Of a DNA stretch of 64,000 nt, positions 27,674-37,762 are shown in pieces. The number at the start of each line of letters is the position of its first letter. Positions within the stretch are counted from its first letter, which is position 1. Source of the stretch: Lachnospiraceae bacterium (GTDB taxonomy: Bacteria; Bacillota; Clostridia; Lachnospirales; Lachnospiraceae); contig JBGVIB010000047.1 in the NCBI GenBank assembly GCA_045122835.1, forward strand, positions 38,036 to 102,035, in the 5' to 3' direction. The position numbers were made by a program, and so were the translations under genes. Below the pieces are notes generated by a model. The model saw only the letters and a program-made list of their open reading frames with translations, was not told where the DNA came from and did no database searches.

Positions 27674-28078
27674 ATGGATAATTGTATTTTTTGTAAAATA
27701 GCAAAGGGAGAAATTCCATCTGCAACCATTTATGAAGATGAAAAGGTAAAAATGATTTTAGATATTAATCCTGCATCTAAAGGTCATGCATTAATATTAC
27801 CAAAGCAGCATTATGCAAATGTATATGAGATTGATGAAGATACTTTAACACATATTATTAAGATTGCTAAAAGAGCAGGAACCCAGATGCAGGCTGCATT
27901 GAATTGTGATGGTTTGAATATTCTGCAGAATAATGGGGAAGCAGCCGGACAGACTGTATTCCATTTCCACATGCATGTGATTCCACGTTATGAGAATGAT
28001 ACTGTGTCTGTGCAGTTAGGAAACGGTGTACTCAGTGAAGATGACAGGGATGAACTTGTGAAGAAGTTAAGCTTTTAA
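27674..28078 (+). CDS. HIT-family (histidine triad) nucleotide hydrolase
   Basis: 'CIFCKIAKGEIP' and the histidine triad 'FHFHMHVIPR'. GGAGGA RBS before ATG 27674. Confidence 0.9.
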   Translation: MDNCIFCKIAKGEIPSATIYEDEKVKMILDINPASKGHALILPKQHYANVYEIDEDTLTHIIKIAKRAGTQMQAALNCDGLNILQNNGEAAGQTVFHFHMHVIPRYENDTVSVQLGNGVLSEDDRDELVKKLSF

Positions 28079-28337
28079 AGTGTTTAGGATTTTGAAGTTA
28101 AGATCCGTTGGTGAAGTATTTGATAGTAATCAAGAGGGATTGATATGAAAACGTAGAAATTACAGATAAATTCTTGTAAAATATATAAGGGGCGAAATAT
28201 GAAGTGATAACGGACTTGCTTATGGTGAGTCTGTTTTATTTTGGGAAAAATTGTTCTAAAACGGTTGAGTTTTAATAACTTCATGGTATAGAATGAATAC
28301 GTAACTGTTTTATAAAACAAAAGTAAAGGAGAAACAC

Positions 28338-28703
28338 ATGAGAAAAATGAAAAAGGTAGTAGGTGTATGTTTATGCCTGATTATGGTGTTGAATCTGGTC
28401 TTATCAGGTACGACTATTAAAGTTCAGGCAGACGAAAAGGAAAATATAACAATTTATCTTATTGACAAAACGAATGAAAAATGGCTTGGAAATGATTCTG
28501 CGGCCATAGTTTTGGTTGATAATACCCATAATCACAAGACCTACGACATGACTAAGATGGGAAAGTACACTTGGAGTGCCACAATTCCATCAAGTGCAAC
28601 TAACATTACATTTAACAGATTAAATGAAAAAAAATACGCAATGGAATTCTTGGAGTGCAGGAGGAAGGGACGGAAAGACCATTTATCTTGCAGAAGGCAG
28701 TGA
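28338..28703 (+). CDS. N-terminal fragment (signal peptide plus first beta-rich module) of a large secreted protein, out of frame with the 28624 ORF at an A8 tract
   Basis: Sec signal MRKMKKVVGVCLCLIMVLNLVLSG..VQA. The frame changes at A8 (28627-28634). The tail after the tract (YAMEFLECRRKGRKDHLSCRRQ) looks like out-of-frame translation. Confidence 0.6.
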   Translation: MRKMKKVVGVCLCLIMVLNLVLSGTTIKVQADEKENITIYLIDKTNEKWLGNDSAAIVLVDNTHNHKTYDMTKMGKYTWSATIPSSATNITFNRLNEKKYAMEFLECRRKGRKDHLSCRRQ

Positions 28704-31700
28704 ATATGGAAAATGGATATCTGAGGATGATTATGGTTTCAAGGAAGGGGATATCGTTTATCTTGATTTATCGTCATTTGAAGAATGGGTAGATCAAGTA
28801 GATACCACTTTTTATGTGAATTTTACAAGTGCTTCAAAGACAGAAAATAATGGAAATGATGTTACCATAAAAAATGCAGATAGTTCTTTATATAACCCTT
28901 ATACAGGATTGGCTAAAATCAAAGATTATGTGTACAAGTATACCGTTGATTCTGAAAATAGTGGTAATAAAAATCTACGATTCTGGCGCGGCAATGAAGA
29001 AACTTTATGGAATTGTTCCAATTTATTAGAATATTCAGATTATACAAAGGGCAAAAATTGCGTTAAAGTAACAGGATGGACGAATTCTGGAGAATTAGTG
29101 ACATATGACGAGAACGAGGATTCTCCAATTGTCATACATATAAATACTGATGATTTTGGTTACAATGATCAAGAAAAATGGTATCTTGTTAATTCTAAAA
29201 TTGAAAAGTTGTCTGGAACTGTATCAAATATAAAAAATGTAGAGAAAATGACTTACAAAATAAAAGATATTAATGGCAATGTAGTGAAGTCAGGCAGTAT
29301 TACTGTTCAGGAAAATTGGATAATTTCCGATTTGGGATTAGTGGTCGGTTACAATCAACTTGTTATAACAACACAAACAAAGAATGGAAAAAATTACGAG
29401 GAAACAGTTACAATCATCAACACGGAAACTCAAAATATGGAAGGTGTAGATGTGGATTTGTCAGATAATGACAATGATGGATTGAAGAATTATTATGAGT
29501 GTGTTTATGGAACAGATCAGAATAAAGAAGATACGGATGGAGATGGATTGTCAGATTATTTTGAGTGTATTATCATAGGAACAAATGCTCTTGAGATGGA
29601 TTCGGACAATAATGGTATTAATGACGGCGAAGAAGATTTTGACGGAGATGGATTATCAAATAAAAAGGAAATGAAATTTGGAACAGATTTGACATGCAAA
29701 GATACAGATGGGGATGGGTTATCTGACGCAGAAGAAATAGATTTGGATACTAATCCATTAATGCAAGATACAGATTCTGATGGAATGAATGATTTAGATG
29801 AGTATTTATATGGATTTGATATGTTAAAAGATGATGCGAATGATATATATGTTGAAACATATTTAGAAGAGGATTTTAATATTTGTCAGAGTACTGTAGC
29901 TGTATCAGTAAAACTTGAAGCAACAGCAAAACAGCAACTTTCATTTAGTATGGATATTGTTGAAAATGATATGCTTGATGAAACGATTCCAGGATATATC
30001 GGTGAACCATTTGATTTTGATATGGATGGAGATTTTGTTTCAGCGGAAGTAACAATGACATTTGAACAAGAATTACTTAACGAACCAGACTTTACACCAT
30101 GTGTATATTATTATAATGAAGATACACAGATGTTAGAAGAAGTAGAAGAACAAGTTATTAGTGGAAACTCTGTGATTCTTAATTTAAAACACTTTTCTAC
30201 TTACATTTTACTGAACAAAGCTGAATTGAGTAAGGTTTGGGAAGAAGATATCTTAGCTCCTAACAATAAAACAAATAAATTACGTGTGGCATTTGCAATT
30301 GATGTATCAAGTAGTATGAATTATGATAAAATTGATGCTGCAAAACAAGTGTTAACTAAGTTTGTTGAGGAAATGCCAGAGAATGCTGAAGCAGCATTAA
30401 TTAAATTTAATGATAATGCTATTGTGGTAAATTCAATGACTTCTGATAAGACAATTTTGACACAGAGAATAAACTCATTAGGGGCATATGGGTTAACCGC
30501 TATTTATAAAGGAATAGAAACAGCTTTAAATGAATTATTACCAGTTCAGGATGATACATATAATATACTTATTGTGTTGACAGATGGTTATGATGTACCA
30601 TCTGTTAGTTATGATTCTATGTATAAACCATTAATTGAAAAAGCTAAAAATGAAGATATTTCTATTTTTACTGTTGGTATCAGTACTATAGATGAGAAAT
30701 TATTACAACGTATTGCTAATGAAACGAATGGTAAATTCTATTATGCTCAAGTCTTATCTGATTTGGATGATTATTTTGAGGAAATCGAAGAAGATAGTAT
30801 TGATTATATAACAGATTCTAATGAAGATGGTATTAGTGATTATTATACAAAACTATTATGTGAAGGTAAATTAAGAACAGGAACAGGTAAGCGAGTGTTT
30901 GGCAATGTATCGTATAATGATGTTCAACAAAATAACGATTATGATGGAGACGGAATAAAAAATGGTTCAGAAATAGTGATAAGTAGCAAAGATGATAAGG
31001 TATATGTTAAAGTAAAATCAAATCCTATGTCTGTAGATTCTGATATGGATAGTTACACTGACTCTGAAGAAGTATTTCTTTATGGGACTTCTCCAATAAA
31101 ACAAAATTTAGTTGTTATGCCAACTCAGATGGATTTATTGTTAGATGACACTAGATATGTATCTGATAAATATAAAGAAATATATAAGGAAGACTGGCTT
31201 GAAAAAACTAGTATATGGATTGGTAATAATATTTTCGGTACCGCATATGATCAGGAAATGATATATAAGGCAGCATTAGTAGATTATTTAAAGACTATAA
31301 ACGATGGGTTGAAAGAGCAAAGTGAATTACAGAAGGCGAGAAAACTAGCAAAATCATTGGTAGAACAAATTAATACTAATATTGATACATATTTGCAGTA
31401 TAACATGGAGTTGAATTCAACAACAAAAGGAATACTTGAGAGTGTGAGAAAAACTGCTGATGATTTAGATGGAAAATGGTTAACAACTGAACCTAGTGCA
31501 TTTAATTCTGTAGATGATTATTATAGTTATTGCGATGATTTATATAAACAGTACTGTCAAGCGGCTGATGCTATTCCAGAGTTAGAAAAAGAAATAAAGA
31601 TTATGGAAAAAGTGGAGGTTGGTAAAAAAATAACAGGTAAATTTTCTTGGGTATTGACAGGGGTGAGTGTTGTAACTAGTTTTCAGGAAAATTATAATGA

Positions 31701-32361
31701 ATATTGTGAATTTGTAGCTGATTTGGATGTAATGCAAAAAAATATTGATATACTGGATGTTATTATCAAGGATAGTAAAGATAATGTTTTAAAGCAAGCG
31801 GCTCTAGAACTTAAGGATGCTTTAAATCAAGATTTGACAGCTACCTTAAATTGTTTCTGGGAAAGTGATTACTTTAATCAAGGATATGTGAATAATAATA
31901 TTTTAGGAACAGCAATACATACAATAATTGGAATGGTTCCCTCTGGATGTTATGTAGAACTTGCACGAGGTGTTCTTGATTTCATTACAAATTTTTCAGG
32001 GGTATCTTATGAATGTGTTAAAGTGTATGCAATAGCGTCTGTGAGCAGTATATTATCAAAAAACTTTAATGACTTTTTAAGCGCTTATCAGCAAACCGAT
32101 TATGAAGGATATCATGTTTCTGATATATACAGGGCAATTTATTATGAACCAGACATTGCTGTTAATCTTTTAATTACATTGTCTTATGCAAGAAAGGCTA
32201 GTGAATGCCAAATGAAAACTGCAAATGAAGCAAATACATGGATTTTTGAGTGGTATTTTAAAGAGTTTGAATATAATAGTGATTTGTGTGATATTAATAT
32301 AGAATTTATAGAACGATTAATATCTAAGTATATTGATAACATGCAAGCATTAGGAGAATAA
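28624..32361 (+). CDS. Large secreted protein body: beta-rich N-terminal modules, thrombospondin-type-3-like Ca-binding Asp repeats, VWA domain, uncharacterised about 420-aa helical C-terminal domain
   Basis: DxDxDGxxDxxE repeats (DTDGDGLSDYFE, DFDGDGLSNKKE, DTDGDGLSDAEE, DTDSDGMNDLDE; about 29446-29820). VWA MIDAS 'AIDVSSSM ... LTDGYD' (about 30280-30750). Would be continuous with 28338 if the A8 tract were A7. Confidence 0.8.
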   Translation: MKKNTQWNSWSAGGRDGKTIYLAEGSEYGKWISEDDYGFKEGDIVYLDLSSFEEWVDQVDTTFYVNFTSASKTENNGNDVTIKNADSSLYNPYTGLAKIKDYVYKYTVDSENSGNKNLRFWRGNEETLWNCSNLLEYSDYTKGKNCVKVTGWTNSGELVTYDENEDSPIVIHINTDDFGYNDQEKWYLVNSKIEKLSGTVSNIKNVEKMTYKIKDINGNVVKSGSITVQENWIISDLGLVVGYNQLVITTQTKNGKNYEETVTIINTETQNMEGVDVDLSDNDNDGLKNYYECVYGTDQNKEDTDGDGLSDYFECIIIGTNALEMDSDNNGINDGEEDFDGDGLSNKKEMKFGTDLTCKDTDGDGLSDAEEIDLDTNPLMQDTDSDGMNDLDEYLYGFDMLKDDANDIYVETYLEEDFNICQSTVAVSVKLEATAKQQLSFSMDIVENDMLDETIPGYIGEPFDFDMDGDFVSAEVTMTFEQELLNEPDFTPCVYYYNEDTQMLEEVEEQVISGNSVILNLKHFSTYILLNKAELSKVWEEDILAPNNKTNKLRVAFAIDVSSSMNYDKIDAAKQVLTKFVEEMPENAEAALIKFNDNAIVVNSMTSDKTILTQRINSLGAYGLTAIYKGIETALNELLPVQDDTYNILIVLTDGYDVPSVSYDSMYKPLIEKAKNEDISIFTVGISTIDEKLLQRIANETNGKFYYAQVLSDLDDYFEEIEEDSIDYITDSNEDGISDYYTKLLCEGKLRTGTGKRVFGNVSYNDVQQNNDYDGDGIKNGSEIVISSKDDKVYVKVKSNPMSVDSDMDSYTDSEEVFLYGTSPIKQNLVVMPTQMDLLLDDTRYVSDKYKEIYKEDWLEKTSIWIGNNIFGTAYDQEMIYKAALVDYLKTINDGLKEQSELQKARKLAKSLVEQINTNIDTYLQYNMELNSTTKGILESVRKTADDLDGKWLTTEPSAFNSVDDYYSYCDDLYKQYCQAADAIPELEKEIKIMEKVEVGKKITGKFSWVLTGVSVVTSFQENYNEYCEFVADLDVMQKNIDILDVIIKDSKDNVLKQAALELKDALNQDLTATLNCFWESDYFNQGYVNNNILGTAIHTIIGMVPSGCYVELARGVLDFITNFSGVSYECVKVYAIASVSSILSKNFNDFLSAYQQTDYEGYHVSDIYRAIYYEPDIAVNLLITLSYARKASECQMKTANEANTWIFEWYFKEFEYNSDLCDINIEFIERLISKYIDNMQALGE

Positions 32362-32364
32362 AAA

Positions 32365-32835
32365 ATGAACTATAGAATTTACGCAACACGCCACGCTACT
32401 AGGGGTGTTATTCCTTCAATTATTACTTCGATAGAGACAAAAGAAAATGGATTTCTTGTTTCAATTGAAAAGAAAGAAGTTATTTTTTCTGAGCGAAAGC
32501 TGTTAGAAGGTTTCATTCAGAAAAATGATATTCAGCAAATGAAAAAGGGAAGTAGTTTAATTTTAAGTATTACAGATATTGCATATATTTTATTTTTAAT
32601 GCTGTTTACCGCTGTATCGATTATTTTTCAGATTGTAGAACCCTTTCCGGTACCATTGATAAGTATATTGTTACTTGTGATGGCATTCTTATTGTGCCGG
32701 TTTGCTGTTATCGTAGTTAAGTTAAAAGATGGTACTACTTATTGCATTCCGTATTGTGGAAGTATATTTTTCAAACAAACAGAAGAACAAGAGATGATGG
32801 AAATTGTAAGCATAATAATGAAAAAATCTACATAA
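32365..32835 (+). CDS. Small two-TM membrane protein, translationally coupled to the large secreted protein gene
   Basis: The ATG lies 4 nt after the upstream stop. Two hydrophobic helices (ITDIAYILFLMLFTAVSIIF, LISILLLVMAFLLCRFAVIVV). No family recognised. Confidence 0.6.
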   Translation: MNYRIYATRHATRGVIPSIITSIETKENGFLVSIEKKEVIFSERKLLEGFIQKNDIQQMKKGSSLILSITDIAYILFLMLFTAVSIIFQIVEPFPVPLISILLLVMAFLLCRFAVIVVKLKDGTTYCIPYCGSIFFKQTEEQEMMEIVSIIMKKST

Positions 32836-32840
32836 AAGAA

Positions 32841-32881
32841 AAGGTTGCCCAGAAGCACATCCCGTGCTTCTGGGCAGCCTT
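32841..32881. terminator. Bidirectional terminator between convergent genes
   Basis: 18-bp stem AAGGTTGCCCAGAAGCAC / GTGCTTCTGGGCAGCCTT. Confidence 0.75.
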
Positions 32882-32903
32882 CGTTTCATATGAAAAGTAT
32901 CCC

Positions 32904-33971
32904 CTACTTCTTCACAACATCCTCAATCAATTCAATAATCATATCAATCGGATTACTCATAGAGCTATTGCTCATAGCCTGGATATAAGAATCCCTGTTC
33001 TTGTAAACACTGCGTACAGCATCAAGTAACTGCTCATCCGTCAGTGTATCCTCGTCAAGCACCAGACTATATTCCTGTTCTTTAAAAGAACGTGCATTTA
33101 AAATCTGATCCCCGCGGCTCTGGGAAGCCGGCAGAGGAATTAATATGTTAGGCTTTTTCAGGCTTAGTAATTCACAGATGGCATTAGCACCGGCTCTGGA
33201 AATTACCACGTCTGCCAGTGCGAACATATCCGCTAACTCTGCTTTAATATATTCATACTGAACATATCCTTCTACGTCCGTCAGAGAGGTATCTAATTTA
33301 TCCTTACCACATAAGTGAATAACCTGAAAGTCCTTTAATAATTCCGGCAAAATTTTTCGTACTGCAACATTGACAGCATTGGCACCAAGACTTCCGCCAA
33401 TAATTAAAACAACAGGCTTTCCATTCTTTAAACCAGTAAAGGAAACAGCCTTTTTAGCAACGCCTTCGGCTAATTCTTTTCGAATGGGAGACCCTGTCAG
33501 CACTGCCTTTTCAGCAGGTAGATATTTCATAGTCTCCGGGAAATTACAGCATACCTTTGTGGCAGATGGAATAGCAAGTTTATTCGCCAGTCCCGGTGTC
33601 ATATCAGATTCGTGAATAATAGCAGGAATGTGGCAGAGCTTTGCTGCCAATACTACAGGAACACTGACAAAACCTCCTTTGGAAAATACAATATCCGGCT
33701 TTAAGGATTTCAAAAGCTTTACCGATTGTGCATATCCTTTTATAACCTTAAATGGGTCAGAAAAGTTTTTAACATCAAAATAGCGGCGCAGCTTACCGGA
33801 ACTGATTCCGTAATAAGGAATGTTCATTTCTTCAATTAATTTTCGCTCGATTCCTTCGTGGGAACCGATATATTGTATGTCATAACCAGCTTCTCTAAGC
33901 TTTGGCATAAGTGCAATATTGGGTGTGACATGTCCGGCAGTACCGCCGCCGGTTAATACGATTCGCTTCAT
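32904..33971 (-). CDS. murG: UDP-N-acetylglucosamine--N-acetylmuramyl-(pentapeptide)-PP-undecaprenol GlcNAc transferase
   Basis: 'MKRIVLTGGGTAGHVTPNIAL' G-loop and C-terminal 'ISRAGANAICE'. Start at ATG 33971. Confidence 0.93.
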   Translation of the reverse strand: MKRIVLTGGGTAGHVTPNIALMPKLREAGYDIQYIGSHEGIERKLIEEMNIPYYGISSGKLRRYFDVKNFSDPFKVIKGYAQSVKLLKSLKPDIVFSKGGFVSVPVVLAAKLCHIPAIIHESDMTPGLANKLAIPSATKVCCNFPETMKYLPAEKAVLTGSPIRKELAEGVAKKAVSFTGLKNGKPVVLIIGGSLGANAVNVAVRKILPELLKDFQVIHLCGKDKLDTSLTDVEGYVQYEYIKAELADMFALADVVISRAGANAICELLSLKKPNILIPLPASQSRGDQILNARSFKEQEYSLVLDEDTLTDEQLLDAVRSVYKNRDSYIQAMSNSSMSNPIDMIIELIEDVVKK

Positions 33972-34028
33972 GGTTCTACCCGTGCAATCCACAAAAAACT
34001 GTGGTATATGCAAATTCCTTTCTAAATA

Positions 34029-34271
34029 TTATAGTGTAGATTTTAATGCCTTTGCTAACTGGTCTGGACATGATGTCCCTCTACCGCCGCAGTTTACGCC
34101 TTCTAAGCGTTTGATCACTTCTTCTACTGTCATACCTTCCACTAAGCGGGAAATTCCCTGTGTATTGCCGTTGCAGCCCCCTACGAACTGAACTTTTTTT
34201 ACAATACCGTCTTCTACATCAAAATTAATTTTCATAGAGCATACGCCCTGTGGTGTATATGTCTGCATCAT
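34029..34271 (-). CDS. Stand-alone TSCPD-domain small protein (4-Cys)
   Basis: 80 aa. 'GGCNGN..QGISRL' and 'CGGRGTSCPDQLA' motif. GAGGAGG RBS before ATG 34271. Confidence 0.8.
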   Translation of the reverse strand: MMQTYTPQGVCSMKINFDVEDGIVKKVQFVGGCNGNTQGISRLVEGMTVEEVIKRLEGVNCGGRGTSCPDQLAKALKSTL

Positions 34272-34723
34272 ATATGTGTCCTCCTCTGTATATGTATAGT
34301 TATTACTAGAGCGTGTACCCAAATTGCTTCCCGCAAGATATGCATTCCACTTTGTGATGAAAATTATTTCACAGCGATGCAAAGCATGCAGATTGTAGCA
34401 ATGAATTCTGAATATTTGACGACCCTAGTAATAAATAAAAGTTTAGATTAAGTATATCAAAAAAAGCATATGCAATCCACTATTATTTTATGATTTTCCG
34501 GGTAGATTATTTGTTGCAAAATATAAGAAGATTTGTCGATTTATCAAGGTAAAATATAAAAAATTGGTCAAATGCTGTAAATTTATGTGAAACAAATAAG
34601 AAACCTGTAAAAATGTGGTTTTTTATGTAAAACGGTTTTTCTTTCTTTATGGAAAATAATACCGTATACTATGAGGGAAGAACCATTATCAAAGGATGAA
34701 TGATAGAAAGGAAAGTGGATGTT

Positions 34724-35446
34724 ATGGAACAATATATTGAGATGTGTGCAGAATGGATGAATAAGGGGTATGTGGTGTATGTAATTTTGGGGGTGGCATT
34801 TGTTGGCTTTTTAAGTCGTTTTATTGCCGGAATGGTGTATGACAGCCTGATAAAAAATACAGAGAATTTCTCCAAGGCAAAAAGTAAATTTGTAAAGCAG
34901 GTGAAGCTTAAGTATGAAAACAGTTATAAGCTGAACTTAAATATTAATAATAACGAAGCATTTGTGGACAAGCTCCTGTCAAATTACAAAATGTGTGGAG
35001 TAAGTCTTCATGGTTTCAGAAAAGTGTCCGGAACCCTTGGGATATTGTGTGTGATTTTATTAGGATTTCAGGCAGCTCTTGGTGTAGTGGCAGAAATTAG
35101 TCTGTCAGAACAGCTTTGGAATACGCTCCATGGGGTAATTGCACTGATTTTGCTTGTATTCTCCTGCAGGATTATTGATTTGAAGTATAAGCATGAACTG
35201 GTACGAATCAATCTTTTGGACTACTTAGAAAATTCCTTAAAGAACCGTATGATTCATGAATGTGTAAATGTAGTTGTGGCGGAGGATGGCAGGCAGGCAG
35301 AGCCGGAACCGGTTTTGACACCGGATATTCCACTTATGAAAGAGCAGCTTTCTAAGGTAAATGAAAAGGCAGAAAAAGGCAGAAAGAAGGATTTGGCAGA
35401 GGAAGAAGCGGTGATACAGGAAATTTTAAGTGAATTTTTTGCATAA
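34724..35446 (+). CDS. Hypothetical membrane protein (3 predicted TM segments, charged C-terminus)
   Basis: Intact ORF. The start is ambiguous (34700 or 34724). No family recognised. Confidence 0.55.
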   Translation: MEQYIEMCAEWMNKGYVVYVILGVAFVGFLSRFIAGMVYDSLIKNTENFSKAKSKFVKQVKLKYENSYKLNLNINNNEAFVDKLLSNYKMCGVSLHGFRKVSGTLGILCVILLGFQAALGVVAEISLSEQLWNTLHGVIALILLVFSCRIIDLKYKHELVRINLLDYLENSLKNRMIHECVNVVVAEDGRQAEPEPVLTPDIPLMKEQLSKVNEKAEKGRKKDLAEEEAVIQEILSEFFA

Positions 35447-35569
35447 AATTTTTGCTAAAAAAGAGAAGACTCTTGAATATCCATGATAGATTTGTTAAAA
35501 TATGGACTAAATGGTGTTGTTTATGACCAACCTACTAACATGTTATATATGGAAAAGGAGAAACGCAAA

Positions 35570-36916
35570 ATGGCAAAAGTATCATTCGATTACTCAAAGG
35601 CAAGTGCTTTTATCAGAGATGATGAAGTACAGTATATGAAGAAGTTAGCATTGGATGCGAAAGAGACTTTAGTATCTAAATCTGGTGCAGGTAACGATTT
35701 CTTAGGATGGATTGACTTACCGGTTGATTATGACAAGGACGAATTTGAAAGAATCAAAAAGGCTGCACAGAAGATTCAGTCTGATTCTGAAGTATTAGTT
35801 GTAATTGGTATTGGTGGTTCTTACCTTGGTGCAAGAGCTGCAATTGAATTCTTAAGACACAGCTTCTACAATAATGTGCCAAAGGAAGTTCGCAAGACAC
35901 CTGAAATCTACTATGCAGGTAATAGCATCAGCGGAACTTACTTAAAGCACTTATTAGATGTAATTGGAGACAGAGATTTTTCTGTTAATATTATTTCAAA
36001 ATCTGGTACAACAACAGAGCCAGCAATTGCTTTCCGTGTATTTAAGAAGAAATTAGAAGAAAAATACGGTAAGGAAGAAGCTGCTAAGAGAATTTATGCA
36101 ACTACAGATAAGGCAAAGGGAGCATTAAAGAACTTAGCAACAGAAGAAGGTTACGAGACATTTGTTGTTCCGGATGATGTTGGAGGACGTTTCTCTGTAT
36201 TAACAGCAGTTGGTTTGTTACCAATCGCAGCAAGTGGTGCAGATATTGATAAATTAATGGAAGGTGCAGCTTCAGGAAGAAAGAAAGCTTTAGAAGCAGA
36301 GTTTGAAGAAAATGATGCATTACAGTATGCTGCTATCCGTAACATTTTATTAAGAAAAGGAAAGAGCATCGAAATCGTAGCAAACTACGAGCCAAGCTTC
36401 CATTATGTATCTGAATGGTGGAAACAGTTATATGGCGAATCTGAGGGTAAAGACCAGAAAGGTTTATTCCCGGCAGCTGTTGACTTAACAACAGATTTAC
36501 ATTCTATGGGACAGTTCATTCAGGACGGTGCAAGAATCATGTTCGAGACAGTTCTGAACTTAGAATCTTCCAGAGAGCAGGTTCTTATTGAAGAAGAAGC
36601 GGTAGATTTAGATGGTCTGAACTACTTAGCTGGAAAAGACCTTGATTTCGTAAACAAGAGTGCTATGAACGGTACTGTATTAGCTCACACAGATGGTAAC
36701 GTACCAAACTTAATGGTAAATATCCCAGAGCAGAATGAATTCTACTTAGGTGAATTATTCTACTTCTTCGAGTTTGCTTGTGGTGTAAGTGGTTACTTAT
36801 TAGGTATCAATCCATTTGACCAGCCAGGTGTAGAAAGCTACAAGAAGAACATGTTCGCACTTCTTGGCAAGCCAGGATTCGAAGCTCAGAGAGAAGAATT
36901 ATTAAAGAGACTGTAA
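35570..36916 (+). CDS. pgi: Glucose-6-phosphate isomerase (short Gram-positive type)
   Basis: '[11 protein letters not shown]', '[10 protein letters not shown]', 'GGRFSVL' and 'QLYGESEGK' motifs. Start at ATG 35570 with an AAAAGGAG RBS. Confidence 0.95.
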   Translation: MAKVSFDYSKASAFIRDDEVQYMKKLALDAKETLVSKSGAGNDFLGWIDLPVDYDKDEFERIKKAAQKIQSDSEVLVVIGIGGSYLGARAAIEFLRHSFYNNVPKEVRKTPEIYYAGNSISGTYLKHLLDVIGDRDFSVNIISKSGTTTEPAIAFRVFKKKLEEKYGKEEAAKRIYATTDKAKGALKNLATEEGYETFVVPDDVGGRFSVLTAVGLLPIAASGADIDKLMEGAASGRKKALEAEFEENDALQYAAIRNILLRKGKSIEIVANYEPSFHYVSEWWKQLYGESEGKDQKGLFPAAVDLTTDLHSMGQFIQDGARIMFETVLNLESSREQVLIEEEAVDLDGLNYLAGKDLDFVNKSAMNGTVLAHTDGNVPNLMVNIPEQNEFYLGELFYFFEFACGVSGYLLGINPFDQPGVESYKKNMFALLGKPGFEAQREELLKRL

Positions 36917-36938
36917 ATTAAGCTTATATACAAAATCC

Positions 36939-36982
36939 AAAAGCTACCCCTATCTGCCTTATACAGATAGGGGTAGCTTTTT
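36939..36982 (+). terminator. Rho-independent terminator of pgi
   Basis: AAAAGCTACCCCTATCTG / CAGATAGGGGTAGCTTTT stem followed by Ts. Confidence 0.85.
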
Positions 36983-37201
36983 GGTGCTTGCATCATGGCC
37001 TGATTTAGAATTTTGAAAAAACGACGGGGCTTGTCAATAGCATAGCGAGTTTGATAATTTTTTGTTACAGATTTATTAAGACCTATTGACAAGTTATAGC
37101 ATTGTTGGTTAAAATTTCATAGAATAAAAATTGGATGGTTAGAACGGCAGATTGTAGGAATGAATGTTCAAACATGCACTAGCCAACGGAATAGAGGAAA
37201 T

Positions 37202-37714
37202 ATGAAAAATAATGTTGTATTTATCGGAATGCCGGGGGTGGGGAAAAGCACAATCGGCGTGGTCGTAGCGAAAAGATTAGGCTATCATTTTATCGATTCA
37301 GATATATTGATTCAGGAACAGGAAAACAGACTGCTAAAGGAAATTATTGCAGAAGAAGGCTTAGATGGATTCATTGAAATAGAAGGCAGAGTGAATGCCA
37401 GTATCCAGACAGAGCGTGGAGTAATCGCCACAGGTGGAAGTGTGGTATACCACAAAGGAGCCATGGAACATTTGAAAGAAATTGGACTAGTAGTGTATCT
37501 CAAAGTATCCTATGAGGAACTAGAGAAACGTTTAGGAGATTTAAGAGAGCGTGGCGTTGCGTTAAAGGATGGACAGACGTTGCTTGATTTATATAAGGAA
37601 AGAACCATTCTTTATGAAAAGTATGCAGATGTGATTGTGGAGGAAGACGGAAAAGATCTTGATCAGACTATTGACGCAGTGAAGGCCGCAGTGGCAGGAC
37701 GTCTGGCTGGGTAG
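37202..37714 (+). CDS. aroK: Shikimate kinase
   Basis: Walker A 'GMPGVGKST', 'DSD' and 'GGSVV' motifs. 170 aa. Confidence 0.9.
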   Translation: MKNNVVFIGMPGVGKSTIGVVVAKRLGYHFIDSDILIQEQENRLLKEIIAEEGLDGFIEIEGRVNASIQTERGVIATGGSVVYHKGAMEHLKEIGLVVYLKVSYEELEKRLGDLRERGVALKDGQTLLDLYKERTILYEKYADVIVEEDGKDLDQTIDAVKAAVAGRLAG

Positions 37715-37762
37715 GGAAAGAGTGATTCTGATGCTGTTATAGCGATTGAATAGGAGAATATA

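Noticed and set aside
28084-28320. 78-aa minus-strand ORF between the HIT gene and the large secreted protein gene. Similar short ORFs occur at 3882-4223, 32742-33029, 37737-37925 and 63685-63897.
   Set aside because: They lie in AT-rich promoter or terminator DNA, or overlap better-supported genes. None has an RBS or a recognisable motif.
34658-34674. 17-nt exact match AATACCGTATACTATGA, shared with 42842-42858. Also the similar 15-mer TTTTTTATATACTAG at about 23256 and about 63643.
   Set aside because: The window gives about 4e9 position pairs over both strands, and 4^17 is about 1.7e10. One 17-mer match is therefore expected by chance at roughly order 0.1-1, and more in AT-rich intergenic DNA. 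This is not significant, unlike the 35-mer.
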